Notes under the pieces: generated by a model | The model's database searches: none | What the model saw: the letters and a program-made list of their open reading frames with translations, nothing else | What the model was told of the DNA's origin: nothing | Position numbers and translations under genes: made by a program | Origin: Atopobium sp. UBA6362 | Lineage (GTDB): Bacteria > Actinomycetota > Coriobacteriia > Coriobacteriales > Atopobiaceae | Assembly: GCA_002440065.1 (NCBI GenBank) | Contig: DJRK01000007.1 | Span: forward strand, 10,036-65,238 | Direction: 5' to 3' | Length of the DNA stretch: 55,203 nt | In this document: one piece after another, positions 46,046 to 55,203 of the stretch | How positions within the stretch are numbered: the first letter of the stretch is position 1 | Layout of the letters: the number at the start of each line of letters is the position of its first letter

Positions 46046-47263
46046 CTACTCCTTGGTGAAGTACATCGAGATGCCCTGGCCGCCGCCGATGCACATGGAG
46101 ACCATTGCGTCCTGCTTCTCCGGGTGACGCTCGGCGAGCTCGTAGGCGCACTTGATGGCCAAGATGGTGCCGGTGGCCCCGATGGGGTGGCCGATGGAGA
46201 TGCCGCCGCCGTAGATGTTGACCTTCTCGGGGTCAAGGCCGAGGTCGCGGGAGACCGCGAAGGCCTGGGAGGCGAAGGCCTCGTTGATCTCGAAGAAGTC
46301 AACGTCGGTGAGGTCGATGTCGAGCTTCTCGGCGAGCTTCTTGGAGGAGAAGTACGGGCTGTAGCCCATGAGGGAGGCCTCGTAGCCGGCGACGGCGAAG
46401 TCGCGGATGCAGACCATCGGGGTGCAGCCAAGCTCCTCGGCCTTGGCGCGGGTCATGATGACCACGGCCGCGGCGGCGTCGTTGAGCGAGGAGGAGTTGG
46501 CGGCGGTGACGGTGCCGGTGCCGTCGGTGACGAAGCACGGCTTCAGGCGGGCGAGGCTCTCGGCGGTCACGCCCTCGCGGGGGTTCTCGTCGGTGTCGAA
46601 GACGGTGACGGCGCCCTTGCGGCCCTTTATCTCAACGGGGACGATCTCATCCTTGTAGACGCCCTCGGCGATGGCCTTGCAGGCGCGCTGCTGGGACCGG
46701 GCGGCGAAGGCGTCCTGCTCCTCGCGGGACACGTTGAACTTTTTTGCCACGTTCTCGGCGGTGATGCCGTTGTGGGAGTGGTCGAGCGGCCAGGTCAGGA
46801 TGTCGATCACGCCGTCCTCGAACTGCTTGTGGCCCATGCGGGCGCCCCAGCGGGCGGAGGGCACGTAGTAGGGCAGCTGGGAGAGGCTCTCGGCGCCGCC
46901 GGCCACGACGACCTCGGACTGGCCGGTCTTGATCTCCATGATGCCGTCGGCGATGGACTGCAGGCCGCTGCCGCACTGGCGATTGACGGAGTAGGCGCAG
47001 GTCTCGTTGGGCAGGCCGGCCTTCAGGCTGATGGCGCGGGCGACGAAGCCGTTCTCGCCCCAGGAGCCCACCTGGCCGATGATGCACTCGTCGACGACGG
47101 CCGGGTCGATGCCGGCGCGCTTGACGGCCTCGGCGACGACGATGGAGCCCATGTCGATGGCGGAGACGGTCTTCAGGCTGCCGCCGAACTTGCCGACGGC
47201 GGTGCGGGCGCCGGAGACGATGACGATGTCCTCGGGCTTGTTCTCGAACTTGCGGTTGCTCAT
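46046..47263 (-). CDS. Thiolase (acetyl-CoA C-acyltransferase)
   Basis: VNRQCGSG, NEAFA, GHPIGATG and MCIGGGQG. Confidence 0.95.
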   Translation of the reverse strand: MSNRKFENKPEDIVIVSGARTAVGKFGGSLKTVSAIDMGSIVVAEAVKRAGIDPAVVDECIIGQVGSWGENGFVARAISLKAGLPNETCAYSVNRQCGSGLQSIADGIMEIKTGQSEVVVAGGAESLSQLPYYVPSARWGARMGHKQFEDGVIDILTWPLDHSHNGITAENVAKKFNVSREEQDAFAARSQQRACKAIAEGVYKDEIVPVEIKGRKGAVTVFDTDENPREGVTAESLARLKPCFVTDGTGTVTAANSSSLNDAAAAVVIMTRAKAEELGCTPMVCIRDFAVAGYEASLMGYSPYFSSKKLAEKLDIDLTDVDFFEINEAFASQAFAVSRDLGLDPEKVNIYGGGISIGHPIGATGTILAIKCAYELAERHPEKQDAMVSMCIGGGQGISMYFTKE

Positions 47264-47312
47264 TGCTTTGCGCTTCCCTTCTGGTTGGTGACGGTGGTTG
47301 CGACGGGCCGCC

Positions 47313-48167
47313 CTACTCGGAGTAGTCGTAGAAGCCCTTGCCGGTCTTGCGGCCGAGGTTGCCGGCGTCGATGAGCTCCTTGAAGACGGGGGCCGGGCGG
47401 TAGAGGTCGTCGTGGTCGAAGCCCTCGTAGAGGTTCATGAGGGAGGCGTAGACGACGTCGATGCCGGCGAAGTCCATGAGCTCGCAGGGACCCATGGGGT
47501 GGTTGCAGGCGAGCTTCATGGCCGTGTCGACGTCCTTGGCGGAGACACCCTCGGAGACGAGCCAGGCGCCCATGTTCTCGTACGGGTTGATGACGCGGTT
47601 GACGATGAAGCCCGGGGTGTTGGGGGCGTCGACGGAGGTCTTGCCGATGGCGTCGGCGAACTCGTGCGTCTTGGCGAAGGCCTCGTCGGAGGTCTTCTCG
47701 CCGCGGATGATCTCGACAAGCTTCATGACGGGCGCGGGATAGAAGAAGTGCAGGCCGAGGACGGACTCGGGACGCTTGGTGGACGCGGCGATCTCGTCGA
47801 TGGAGATGCCGGAGGTGTTGGTGAGAAGCACGGCGTCCTCGTCGGCGAACTCGTCCATCTTCTGGAACGTGGACTGCTTGAAGTCCAGGCGCTCAGGGAC
47901 GGCCTCGATGATGAACTTGGCGCCGGCGACCTGGGAGTAGTCGGTGCTGTAGGTGAGGCGGTCGAGGATGGCCTGACGGTCCTCGGCGCTCATCTTGTTC
48001 TTGTCGACCTTCTTCTGCAGGAGCTTGGCGACGAGGGCCTCGGCCTTGTCGAGCGGGGCCTGGGCGATGTCGATGTTCACCACGGTGAAGCCGGCCTGAG
48101 CACAGGCCTGGGCGATGCCGCCGCCCATGAGGCCGCTGCCGATGACCGCTACCTTGATTGCGTCCAT
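47313..48167 (-). CDS. 3-hydroxyacyl(butyryl)-CoA dehydrogenase
   Basis: [37 protein letters not shown] and GRKTGKGFY. Confidence 0.95.
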   Translation of the reverse strand: MDAIKVAVIGSGLMGGGIAQACAQAGFTVVNIDIAQAPLDKAEALVAKLLQKKVDKNKMSAEDRQAILDRLTYSTDYSQVAGAKFIIEAVPERLDFKQSTFQKMDEFADEDAVLLTNTSGISIDEIAASTKRPESVLGLHFFYPAPVMKLVEIIRGEKTSDEAFAKTHEFADAIGKTSVDAPNTPGFIVNRVINPYENMGAWLVSEGVSAKDVDTAMKLACNHPMGPCELMDFAGIDVVYASLMNLYEGFDHDDLYRPAPVFKELIDAGNLGRKTGKGFYDYSE

Positions 48168-48291
48168 TTTGGTTCCTTTCGAACGATATGCCTGAACTGC
48201 GGTTGGTTTGAACGTGCAACCCAGATGCCGAGGCTTCTTGTCGGACCCGGGGTAATCTACCTGGTGCTTGCGCGGGCGGGCGCCCGCCGCC

Positions 48292-49887
48292 TTACTTGGC
48301 CTCGAACCCGGAAAGAAGCCCGGAGGGGCCGTCCTGGTTAAAGAGGGACACGTCCATGAGCTTGAGGTCGTCGGCGACGATGGGCGCGAAGTCCATCATG
48401 TCGAGGACCTGCGTCTGGAGGTCGATGCCGGGTGCGATCTCGACCAGCTTGACGCCCTCGGGCACGAGCTCGAACACGGCGCGCTCGGTGACGACGACCA
48501 CGCGCTGGCCGGACTTTCTGGCGGCCGGGCCGTTGAACGAGAGCTGGCCGACGTGGGATACCATCTTTTTGATGGCGCCCTCCTGAAGGATGGTGAGCTT
48601 GCCGTCCTCGAAGGAGTACTTGGCGCCCTTGGCGGTGAAGGTGCCCAGGAAGACGACGGTCTTTGCGTTCTGCGTGATGTCGACGAAGCCGCCGGCGCCG
48701 GCGCAGCGCGGGCCCATCTTGGTGGAGTTGACGTTGCCCTCGCCATCGAGCTCGCCCATGCCCATGTAGGTCACGTCGACGCCCGCGCCGTCGTAGTAGT
48801 CGAACTGCTCGGGGTGGCTGACCATGGCGAGCAGGTTCTGGCCGATGCCGAAGTCGATGCCGCCCAGCTGGACGCCGCCGTAGATGCCGCTCTCGACGGT
48901 GATCATGACCTTGTCCGAGAGGCCCTCCTCGGCGCAGACGCGGCCGACCATGTCGTTGGGGATACCGGTGCCGAGGTTAACGACGCATCCCGGGTAGAGC
49001 TCCTCGCAGCCGCGGCGGGCGATGAACTTGCGCTCGTTGAAGGGCGCGGGCTCGACGGCGGACTGGGGAACGCGGAGCTTGCCCACGTAGGAGGGGTCGA
49101 AGTAGATCGAGGAGGTCATGCGGTGGTCCTCCTCCGGGTTGGGGCAGACCACGACCTCGTCGATGAAGACGCCCGGGACGGTGACGTCCTTGGGGTTGAT
49201 GGTGCCGGTCTCGGCAACCTCGCGGACCTGGGCCACGACCTTGCCGCCGTAGCGCTTAGCGGCAAGAACCGCGTTGAAGACCTCGAGCTTCATGGCCTCG
49301 TCGGTGGTGGTGAGGTTGCCCATCTCGTCGCAGACGGTGCCGCGGATGAGGCAGACGTCGATCGGCACCTCGTGGTAGAACATGTACTCCTCGCCGTGGA
49401 TCTCGATGACCTCGGAGATATCGGGCAGGGGCTTGGTGCGGTCGTTCATCTTGCCGCCCTCGACGCGCGGGTCGATGAAGGAGCCGAGGCCGACCTTGCT
49501 CATCTTGCCGGGAAGTCCGCAGGCCATCGAGCGGTAGAGCTGCGCGATCTGGCCCTGGGGCAGGCAGTAGGCCTCGACCTGGTTGTTGGCGATCATGTCC
49601 ATCCAGCGAGGCTGGAGGCCCCAGTGAGAGCCGATGATGCGCGTGACGAGGCCCTCGTGGGCGAGGTGTTGGATGCCGCGCTGGCGGTCGGACTGGCCGC
49701 AGGAGTGCAGCAGCGTGAGGTTGCGCGGATGGCCGGTGGAAAGGAAGCGCTCCTCGATGGCCTTGAGGTTGGACTCGGAGGCCGAGACGAGCGTCATGCC
49801 GATGGTGCAGATGGTCTGCCCATCCTCGATGCCCTCCGCGACCTGCTGCGGGGTGACGAAGTTTGCCTTGAGGGACTTACCTGCCAT
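48292..49887 (-). CDS. Fused-subunit acyl-CoA:acetate/propionate CoA-transferase (YdiF/Pct family)
   Basis: [39 protein letters not shown] and TERAVF. Confidence 0.93.
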   Translation of the reverse strand: MAGKSLKANFVTPQQVAEGIEDGQTICTIGMTLVSASESNLKAIEERFLSTGHPRNLTLLHSCGQSDRQRGIQHLAHEGLVTRIIGSHWGLQPRWMDMIANNQVEAYCLPQGQIAQLYRSMACGLPGKMSKVGLGSFIDPRVEGGKMNDRTKPLPDISEVIEIHGEEYMFYHEVPIDVCLIRGTVCDEMGNLTTTDEAMKLEVFNAVLAAKRYGGKVVAQVREVAETGTINPKDVTVPGVFIDEVVVCPNPEEDHRMTSSIYFDPSYVGKLRVPQSAVEPAPFNERKFIARRGCEELYPGCVVNLGTGIPNDMVGRVCAEEGLSDKVMITVESGIYGGVQLGGIDFGIGQNLLAMVSHPEQFDYYDGAGVDVTYMGMGELDGEGNVNSTKMGPRCAGAGGFVDITQNAKTVVFLGTFTAKGAKYSFEDGKLTILQEGAIKKMVSHVGQLSFNGPAARKSGQRVVVVTERAVFELVPEGVKLVEIAPGIDLQTQVLDMMDFAPIVADDLKLMDVSLFNQDGPSGLLSGFEAK

Positions 49888-49905
49888 GCTCTTGGTTTCC
49901 TTCCT

Positions 49906-51525
49906 TTACGACTGGTTGCCGAGGGTTGCGAGGACCGCGTCGCGGACGGCGGACCTGTTGGGCTTGTCGCCCCTCGTCTGGGGGATCTTGTCCACGAAGG
50001 CGAAGGCGACGGGAATCTTGAAGTGGGCGATCCTGGACGCGAGCGCGGCCTGGATGTCCTCGGCCGAGATCTGGGAGCCGGCGGCGCGAACGACGGCGGC
50101 CACGGGAACCTCGCCGTAGAGCTTGTCGGGCATGCCGGCCACGCAGGCCTCCGAGACGCCGTCGAGCTCGCAGAGGACCTCCTCGAGCGCCGAGCACCAG
50201 ACCTTCTCGCCACCGCGGTTGATCATGTCCTTCTTGCGGTCGACGACCCAGACCATGCCCTCCTCGTTCGCGTAGGCCAGGTCACCGGTGTGCAGCCAGC
50301 CGTCGGGCTCAATCTCGCCGCCGTTGTGGCGGAAGTAGCTGCTCGTCACGCAGGCGCCGCGCAGGAGGAGCTCGCCGGTCTCGCCCCAGGGGACCTCGTG
50401 GCCCAGTTCGTCGACAATCTTCGCGTCGACGCCGGGCACGGGCTTGCCCGTGGCGCCCGCGAACGTGGACGTGGCGGAGTCGAAGGGGAAGAGAAGCGCG
50501 GGGCTCGCCGTCTCCGTCATGCCGTAGACCACCTGGAACGTGGCCGTGGGCATCCAGGCATGGAACGACCTCATGGCGCTCACGGGCTCGTAGCTGGAGC
50601 CGGAGAGCATGCAGCGAACCGAGGGGAGCTTGGGGAACTCGCTGCGCAGGGGCAGCAGCTCCGCGAAAGAGGTGGGCGAGCCGTGCAGGTAGGTGATCTG
50701 CTCGTCGCGTACGCAGGCGAGGACCCTGCGGGCGTCAAAGAGGCGGTGCAGGTACGTGGTCGCGCCCACGTACACGAACTGGATGAGAAGCGCGATGAGC
50801 CCCGTCACGTGATAGATCGGGATGGGGATGAGGCAACGGTCCTCGGGGACGGTCCCCATAAGGCGCTGATAGACCATCGCCGCGTGCACGACGTTCGCGT
50901 TCGTGAGGCAGACGCCCTTGGCCGCGGAGGTCGTGCCGCTCGTGAACATCATGATCGCGCAGGAGCCGAGGTCGCCGGCGGGATCGGCGAGCGCCGGAGC
51001 ATAGCCGTCGGCCGCCGAGAACCCGTAGCCCTCGCGGACGTTGCGGGCGAACACGATCTCCGAGGGTCGAAGCGGCAGCTCGGGCGTCCAGGGCTCGAAC
51101 TCCTCCCCCGCGACGATGGCGGCGAGGTCGGCGGCCTTCATGAGGCTCACGACCTCGGGCTCGCGGTACTTCGTGGGCACGGGCACGCACGTGGCACCCG
51201 TCTTCGAGATGGCAAAGAGCGCCACGGCGAACTCGAGGTCGGCGTGCATGAGAAGCCCCACTCGGCTCCCCACGGCCACGCGGATGTTCGCGGAAAGGTA
51301 GCCGGCGAGGTCGTCCACGCGGGCGAGGAGCTGGCCGAACGTGGTCTTGCGGCCCCAGTCGTCCACGATAGCCACGGCGTCGGGCGTGCGCTCGGCGGTG
51401 TTGCGCAGAAGGTGATAGAGGCTCGGGGCCATACCCTTGAAGGTGTAGACCTCGCGGCCGGCGATGTCCTGAAGCTCCATCCCGCGCTGGCACGCGCGGT
51501 TCCAACAAACAGAGCCAGAAATCAC
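49906..51525 (-). CDS. AMP-dependent acyl-CoA synthetase
   Basis: MFTSGTTSAAKG, YGMTET, WLHTGD and DRKKDMINRGGEK; GTG start inferred from a GTGA overlap with the glycerate kinase stop. Confidence 0.9.
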   Translation of the reverse strand: MISGSVCWNRACQRGMELQDIAGREVYTFKGMAPSLYHLLRNTAERTPDAVAIVDDWGRKTTFGQLLARVDDLAGYLSANIRVAVGSRVGLLMHADLEFAVALFAISKTGATCVPVPTKYREPEVVSLMKAADLAAIVAGEEFEPWTPELPLRPSEIVFARNVREGYGFSAADGYAPALADPAGDLGSCAIMMFTSGTTSAAKGVCLTNANVVHAAMVYQRLMGTVPEDRCLIPIPIYHVTGLIALLIQFVYVGATTYLHRLFDARRVLACVRDEQITYLHGSPTSFAELLPLRSEFPKLPSVRCMLSGSSYEPVSAMRSFHAWMPTATFQVVYGMTETASPALLFPFDSATSTFAGATGKPVPGVDAKIVDELGHEVPWGETGELLLRGACVTSSYFRHNGGEIEPDGWLHTGDLAYANEEGMVWVVDRKKDMINRGGEKVWCSALEEVLCELDGVSEACVAGMPDKLYGEVPVAAVVRAAGSQISAEDIQAALASRIAHFKIPVAFAFVDKIPQTRGDKPNRSAVRDAVLATLGNQS

Positions 51526-52673
51526 TTTCCATCCCCCAATCCACATCCGAGCTTGATAAGCGCAAAGACGCGCTGGGCGGCCAGCCGGAAGTTCCTCTCG
51601 GCGCATGCCAGGACTTCCTCGATGGCGGCGGCGTCGATAACGGTGGGCACGAGCGCGTCCACGCCGCAGTCGAGCAGCTCGCAGGCGTCGGCGTTCATGC
51701 CGCCCACGATCGCGACGCAGGGAACCCCCGCAGCCTGGCAGCGGGCGGCCACGCCCGAGACGACCTTGCCGTGGGCGGACTGCCCGTCCGCGTGGCCCTC
51801 GCCGGTGACGCACACATCCGCACCCGCGAGCGCTTCGGTAAATCCCACCAGGTCGAGGACCCACTCGACGCCGGCGACGACCTCCGCCTTGAGGAAGAGG
51901 CGCGCCGCGGCCCCGAGACCGCCCGCGGCGCCCATGCCGGGCGCGTCGGCCGCGGAGACGCCGAACGTCCTCTCGAGGACGCCCGCGAGCCTGACCATGC
52001 CGGCCTCGAGCTCATCGGCCGTCTCGGAGTCGGCCCCCTTCTGCGGACCGAAGGTGTACGTGGCGCCGCGAGGCCCCACGAGGGGGTTGTCAACGTCGCA
52101 CATCACGTGGAAGCTCGTCTTGCCCACGCGGGAGTCCATGCCCGAGAGGTCGATCTTCTCGACGCGGCCCAGGTCGGCCCCGGCTCCGTCGAGCTCGGAC
52201 CCCCGGGCATCGAGGAAGCGGACGCCGAGAGCGCGCAGGGCACCCATCCCGCAGTCGTTCGTGGCGCTGCCGCCGATGGCGAGCGAGATATCCGTCGCAC
52301 CCCTGTCCAAAGCGTCGAGAATCAGCTCGCCCGTGCCGTACGTGCTGGTAAGAAGCGGGTTTCTCTCCTCGGGGGCCAACAGCGGCAGGCCCGAGGCGGC
52401 GGCCATCTCGATGATGGCGCGGCCACCGGGAAGGAGCCCGTAGCCCGCCTCGACCGGCCGGCCCAGCGGGTCGGCCACGGTCGAGAACACGAGCTCGCCC
52501 CCGGTGGCCGCCACGACGGCGCTGACCGTGCCCTCGCCGCCATCGGCGACCTCGATGCTCGCGGACGTCGCGTCGGGAAACACGCTGCGCATCTCCTCGG
52601 TGAGGAGCTGCGCCGACTGCGCGGAGGAAAGCGTTCCCTTGAAGGAGTCGCAAGCAAAGAGAAAGCGCGTCAT
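51522..52673 (-). CDS. Glycerate kinase (GlxK/GarK family)
   Basis: DSFKGTL, VADGGEGT, IEMAAASGL, IGGSATND and VTGEG. Confidence 0.94.
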   Translation of the reverse strand: MTRFLFACDSFKGTLSSAQSAQLLTEEMRSVFPDATSASIEVADGGEGTVSAVVAATGGELVFSTVADPLGRPVEAGYGLLPGGRAIIEMAAASGLPLLAPEERNPLLTSTYGTGELILDALDRGATDISLAIGGSATNDCGMGALRALGVRFLDARGSELDGAGADLGRVEKIDLSGMDSRVGKTSFHVMCDVDNPLVGPRGATYTFGPQKGADSETADELEAGMVRLAGVLERTFGVSAADAPGMGAAGGLGAAARLFLKAEVVAGVEWVLDLVGFTEALAGADVCVTGEGHADGQSAHGKVVSGVAARCQAAGVPCVAIVGGMNADACELLDCGVDALVPTVIDAAAIEEVLACAERNFRLAAQRVFALIKLGCGLGDGK

Positions 52674-52678
52674 AGGTC

Positions 52679-53572
52679 TTAGTCCGTCTCTTCCATCTTC
52701 TCGTCGGAGAACTGCCAGCGGTTAGAGGAGCCGAAGAGGTCCATGTAGCGCTCGAGCCACTTGGCCGCCTTCTCCTCGGCGTCGGTCGCGACGAAGATAT
52801 AGTCGGGAAGGTCCTCGTGGGAGTTCACGAACTCCTTGACGGCGCCCACGTAGGCACGGGAGTAGTCGGTCCAGAGGTTCACCTTGTTGATGCCGCCGGC
52901 GACGGCCTTCTTGAAGTTCTCGTCGCCTGCGCCTGAGCCGCCGTGAAGAACGAGCGGGTAATCCTGGCCAAGGGCCTGCTTAATCTCGGCGAGGCGGTCG
53001 AAGTCGAGGCGGGGCACGTAGTCGGCGGGATACTTGCCGTGGGCGGTGCCGATGGCGACGGCGAGGGAGTCGCAGCCGGTGCGCTCGACGAACTCGACGG
53101 CCATCTCGACCTTGGTGTACATGTCGTCGGAGCGGCCGTCGCCGTCGGCGGCCTGGCCGACGTGGCCGAGCTCGGCCTCGACGGACGCGCCGTGGGAGTG
53201 CGCGAAGGCCACGACCTGCTGGACGCGGCGGATGTTCTCCTCAAAGGGAAGCGCGGAGGCGTCGCACATGACGGCGGAGAAGCCCGCCTTGATGCAGCGG
53301 CAGATGTCCTCGAACTCGCCGCCATGGTCGAGGTTCAGGGCCACCGGGACGTTCAGGGGCTCGGCGATGGCCTTGACCATCGGGACCCAGACCTCGGGGG
53401 TGGCGTTCATGCGCATCTGGCGCGGGGAGACGTCGAGGATGACCGCGGACTTCTTGGCCTCGGCGGCCATGCAGGCGGCCTTGACCATGTTGTAGCCGGG
53501 GCAGTTGGGGGCGGGGACCGCGTAGTGGTTGACGCTTGCGTGCTGGAGCATTTCCTTCATGGATACGTACAT
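52679..53572 (-). CDS. Class II ketose-phosphate aldolase (FBA/TBA family, divergent)
   Basis: LDHG, VEAELGHVG, AVAIGTAHG and PLVLHGGSG. Confidence 0.93.
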   Translation of the reverse strand: MYVSMKEMLQHASVNHYAVPAPNCPGYNMVKAACMAAEAKKSAVILDVSPRQMRMNATPEVWVPMVKAIAEPLNVPVALNLDHGGEFEDICRCIKAGFSAVMCDASALPFEENIRRVQQVVAFAHSHGASVEAELGHVGQAADGDGRSDDMYTKVEMAVEFVERTGCDSLAVAIGTAHGKYPADYVPRLDFDRLAEIKQALGQDYPLVLHGGSGAGDENFKKAVAGGINKVNLWTDYSRAYVGAVKEFVNSHEDLPDYIFVATDAEEKAAKWLERYMDLFGSSNRWQFSDEKMEETD

Positions 53573-53724
53573 GAGTGAGTCCTTCCTGATGTGCCTGACT
53601 CGCCGGCATTTGTGCTTGGGGCCAGCCGAAAGCGGAATAAGCGTGTTTGGGAGGCGCCTGGTCGGGCGCCCGGTCGTACAAGGTGGTGCGGTTGTGCGGG
53701 GTAGCGCTTCTTTGCGGCGCTGAA

Positions 53725-53762
53725 TAAAGAAGGCGGGGAGACGCGCCTTTGGTCTCCCCGCC
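53725..53762 (-). terminator. Hairpin/terminator between PTS IIC and aldolase
   Basis: GGCGGGGAGAC/GTCTCCCCGCC stem followed by TTCTTT. Confidence 0.6.
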
Positions 53763-53778
53763 CTTAGTGCATTCGGAC

Positions 53779-54648
53779 TTAGCCGAGGAGCTGGTCGAGG
53801 ACGCCGTTGCCAGCCATGTCGCCCTCAGCCTCAACAGGCTTGCGGAGCAGGAAGTACAGGATGCCGTTGACGGCGGCGCCGGCGAACCAGAACAGGACGA
53901 ACTGGAGCGGGTTGCTCATCATCGGGATGACGAAGACGCCGCCGTGGACAGCCGCGGACTCAAGCGCGAAGTAGCCGCAGAGGCCACCGGAGATGGCACC
54001 GCCGATCATGCAGGGGATGATGCAGCGCCAGGTGTCCTGCACCAGGAACGGGATGACGTACTCCTGGATGTAGCAGCAGGCGAGCACGAGGCCGGAGACA
54101 GTGGTGGAGCGCTCCTTCTCGGTAAACTTCTTCTTGCCGGCGAAGCGATCGATGATCTGGGCGAAGCAGACACCGAGCGGGTTCTGCATGCCGCCGCACA
54201 TCTTGCAGGCAGCGGGGCCGAGGATGCCGTCGGCGTTGAGGCCGTTGGCAACGAGGGCGACGGCCTTGGAGATCGGGCCGCCCTGGTCGGTGGACATGCC
54301 GATGCCGATGGCAGCGCCGAAGACAGCGCCACCGACGCCCTGGAGGTTGGTCAGCAGGGAGGTGATGGCGGTCATGAACCAGCCGATGGGCACGCCGATG
54401 ACGATGGCGCCGGCGGTGCCGTAGACGCTGGTCAGGATGAAGGGCAGGATGCCGTAGGAAGGCTCCGCTGCGGTGGAGGCCCAGGTGGTGCCGAAGAGGA
54501 AGGGCACCAGTCCGATCTTTCGGATGGCCGGGATGCCGGAGATGACCAGGTATATGGTGATCATGAGGACACAGGCCACGGCGATGAGCCCTAAGATGAG
54601 GAAGATGCCGTGGACGATGTTCTCAAAGAGTTGTTTCTTATTTTTCAT
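53779..54648 (-). CDS. Chimeric ORF: PstC N-terminus fused in frame to the C-terminal half of a fructose-family PTS IIC
   Basis: Residues 1-~88 are PstC-like (FLFGTTW, SYGILPFILTSVYGTAGA); the remainder is FruA-IIC-like (DQGGPISK, NPLG, HGGVFVIP). Confidence 0.85.
   Translation of the reverse strand: MKNKKQLFENIVHGIFLILGLIAVACVLMITIYLVISGIPAIRKIGLVPFLFGTTWASTAAEPSYGILPFILTSVYGTAGAIVIGVPIGWFMTAITSLLTNLQGVGGAVFGAAIGIGMSTDQGGPISKAVALVANGLNADGILGPAACKMCGGMQNPLGVCFAQIIDRFAGKKKFTEKERSTTVSGLVLACCYIQEYVIPFLVQDTWRCIIPCMIGGAISGGLCGYFALESAAVHGGVFVIPMMSNPLQFVLFWFAGAAVNGILYFLLRKPVEAEGDMAGNGVLDQLLG
54381..54648 (-). pseudogene. pstC: 5' fragment of phosphate ABC permease PstC
   Basis: PstC N-terminal motifs directly downstream of pstS; truncated at the fusion point. 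Confidence 0.8.
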
Positions 54649-54704
54649 AACGATTCCCTCGTCCTAAATACACACAATACACACATTTGGCAGAAAAGTT
54701 ATCA

Positions 54705-54736
54705 AAAAAGGCGGCTGGGTTGCCAGCCGCCTTTTT
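54705..54736. terminator. pstS-pstC intergenic hairpin
   Basis: AAAAAGGCGGCTGG/CCAGCCGCCTTTTT perfect stem. Confidence 0.75.
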
Positions 54737-54805
54737 GGGAATTTGCTCGCTGTAGGCGTTAGATGCCTGGCAGGATTGGTTTTATGTTGCAGTTGATGGG
54801 TTTGA

Positions 54806-55203
54806 TCACTTGACAGGCACTGCACCAGCGTCCGCGATGATCTGGGAAGCGTCAGCGGAGGTGACATAGTCGAAGAACTTCTGAGCGGTGTCAGACAGAG
54901 CCTTGCCTTCCTTGGTGACCAGGACGAAGGGACGCTGTACCACATAGGTGCCGTCCTTGACGGTGGCTTCGGTGGGCTTTACGCCGCCGACGGACAGGGC
55001 CTTGACGTTATCCTTGACTGCTGCCAGGGAAGCGTAGCCGATGGCGTTGGGGTTCTGGCTGACGGTGGTGATGACGTCGCCGGTGGAGGTCAGTTCCTGG
55101 CCGTACTTGCACTTGTCTTCGGTCTTGGTGATGGATTCGAAGCCGTCGCGGGTGCCGCTGCCAGCTTCACGGCCGATGAGGACGATCTCTGCGTCGTCGC
55201 CGC
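54806..55203 (-). CDS. pstS: Phosphate-binding protein PstS, C-terminal part (runs off window end)
   Basis: Manual translation ...IGREAGSGTRDGFE...STGDVITTVSQNPNAIGYASL...GTYVVQRPFVLVT...GAVPVK*; absent from the ORF track. Confidence 0.92.
   Translation of the reverse strand, partial: GDDAEIVLIGREAGSGTRDGFESITKTEDKCKYGQELTSTGDVITTVSQNPNAIGYASLAAVKDNVKALSVGGVKPTEATVKDGTYVVQRPFVLVTKEGKALSDTAQKFFDYVTSADASQIIADAGAVPVK

Noticed and set aside
44810..49887. Butyrate/butanol fermentation operon (thl-hbd-CoA transferase-bdh)
   Set aside because: Crotonase, butyryl-CoA dehydrogenase and etfAB are absent, while glycerate kinase, aldolase and PTS genes are tightly linked, favouring catabolism
48268..52443. 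1391-aa plus-strand ORF and many similar Arg/Gly-rich overlapping ORFs
   Set aside because: Antisense or alternate-frame shadows of well-supported genes
53779..54648. A genuine novel phosphate/sugar hybrid transporter
   Set aside because: Both halves are truncated and come from unrelated folds, and the join coincides with a codon-usage switch; chimera is more parsimonious

Overview
High-GC chromosomal window, most consistent with a Coriobacteriia (Atopobiaceae/Olsenella-like) genome; the taxon is inferred from gene content and codon style. Housekeeping genes (lysS, greA, tatA, ispE, veg, nagB, rdgB, rph, murE, ppx, mazG, four tRNAs) alternate with accessory blocks: an amino-acid permease/amidohydrolase/LysR unit, an orphan Tat-lipoprotein ABC solute-binding protein, a multi-TM LuxR islet next to tRNA-Pro, a 2243-aa sortase-anchored repeat protein, and a mannose-family PTS/SIS/GntR operon whose IID gene is frameshifted. 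The best candidate for an undescribed system is an 11.5-kb catabolic cluster coupling a divergent fructose-family PTS and a class II aldolase to an acyl-CoA ligase, CoA-transferase, 3-hydroxyacyl-CoA dehydrogenase, thiolase, Fe-ADH and glycerate kinase. Second is a dispersed family of 23-bp palindromes (AATTTGGGGTC[G/C]GACCCCAAATT), present as singlets or zero-spacer inverted doublets at six intergenic sites, several at apparent gene-block boundaries. The last ~0.8 kb (pstS plus 5' pstC, different codon usage) is fused in frame to the PTS IIC gene at a probable micro-homology and is probably an assembly chimera. No CRISPR array, integrase or transposase was found.
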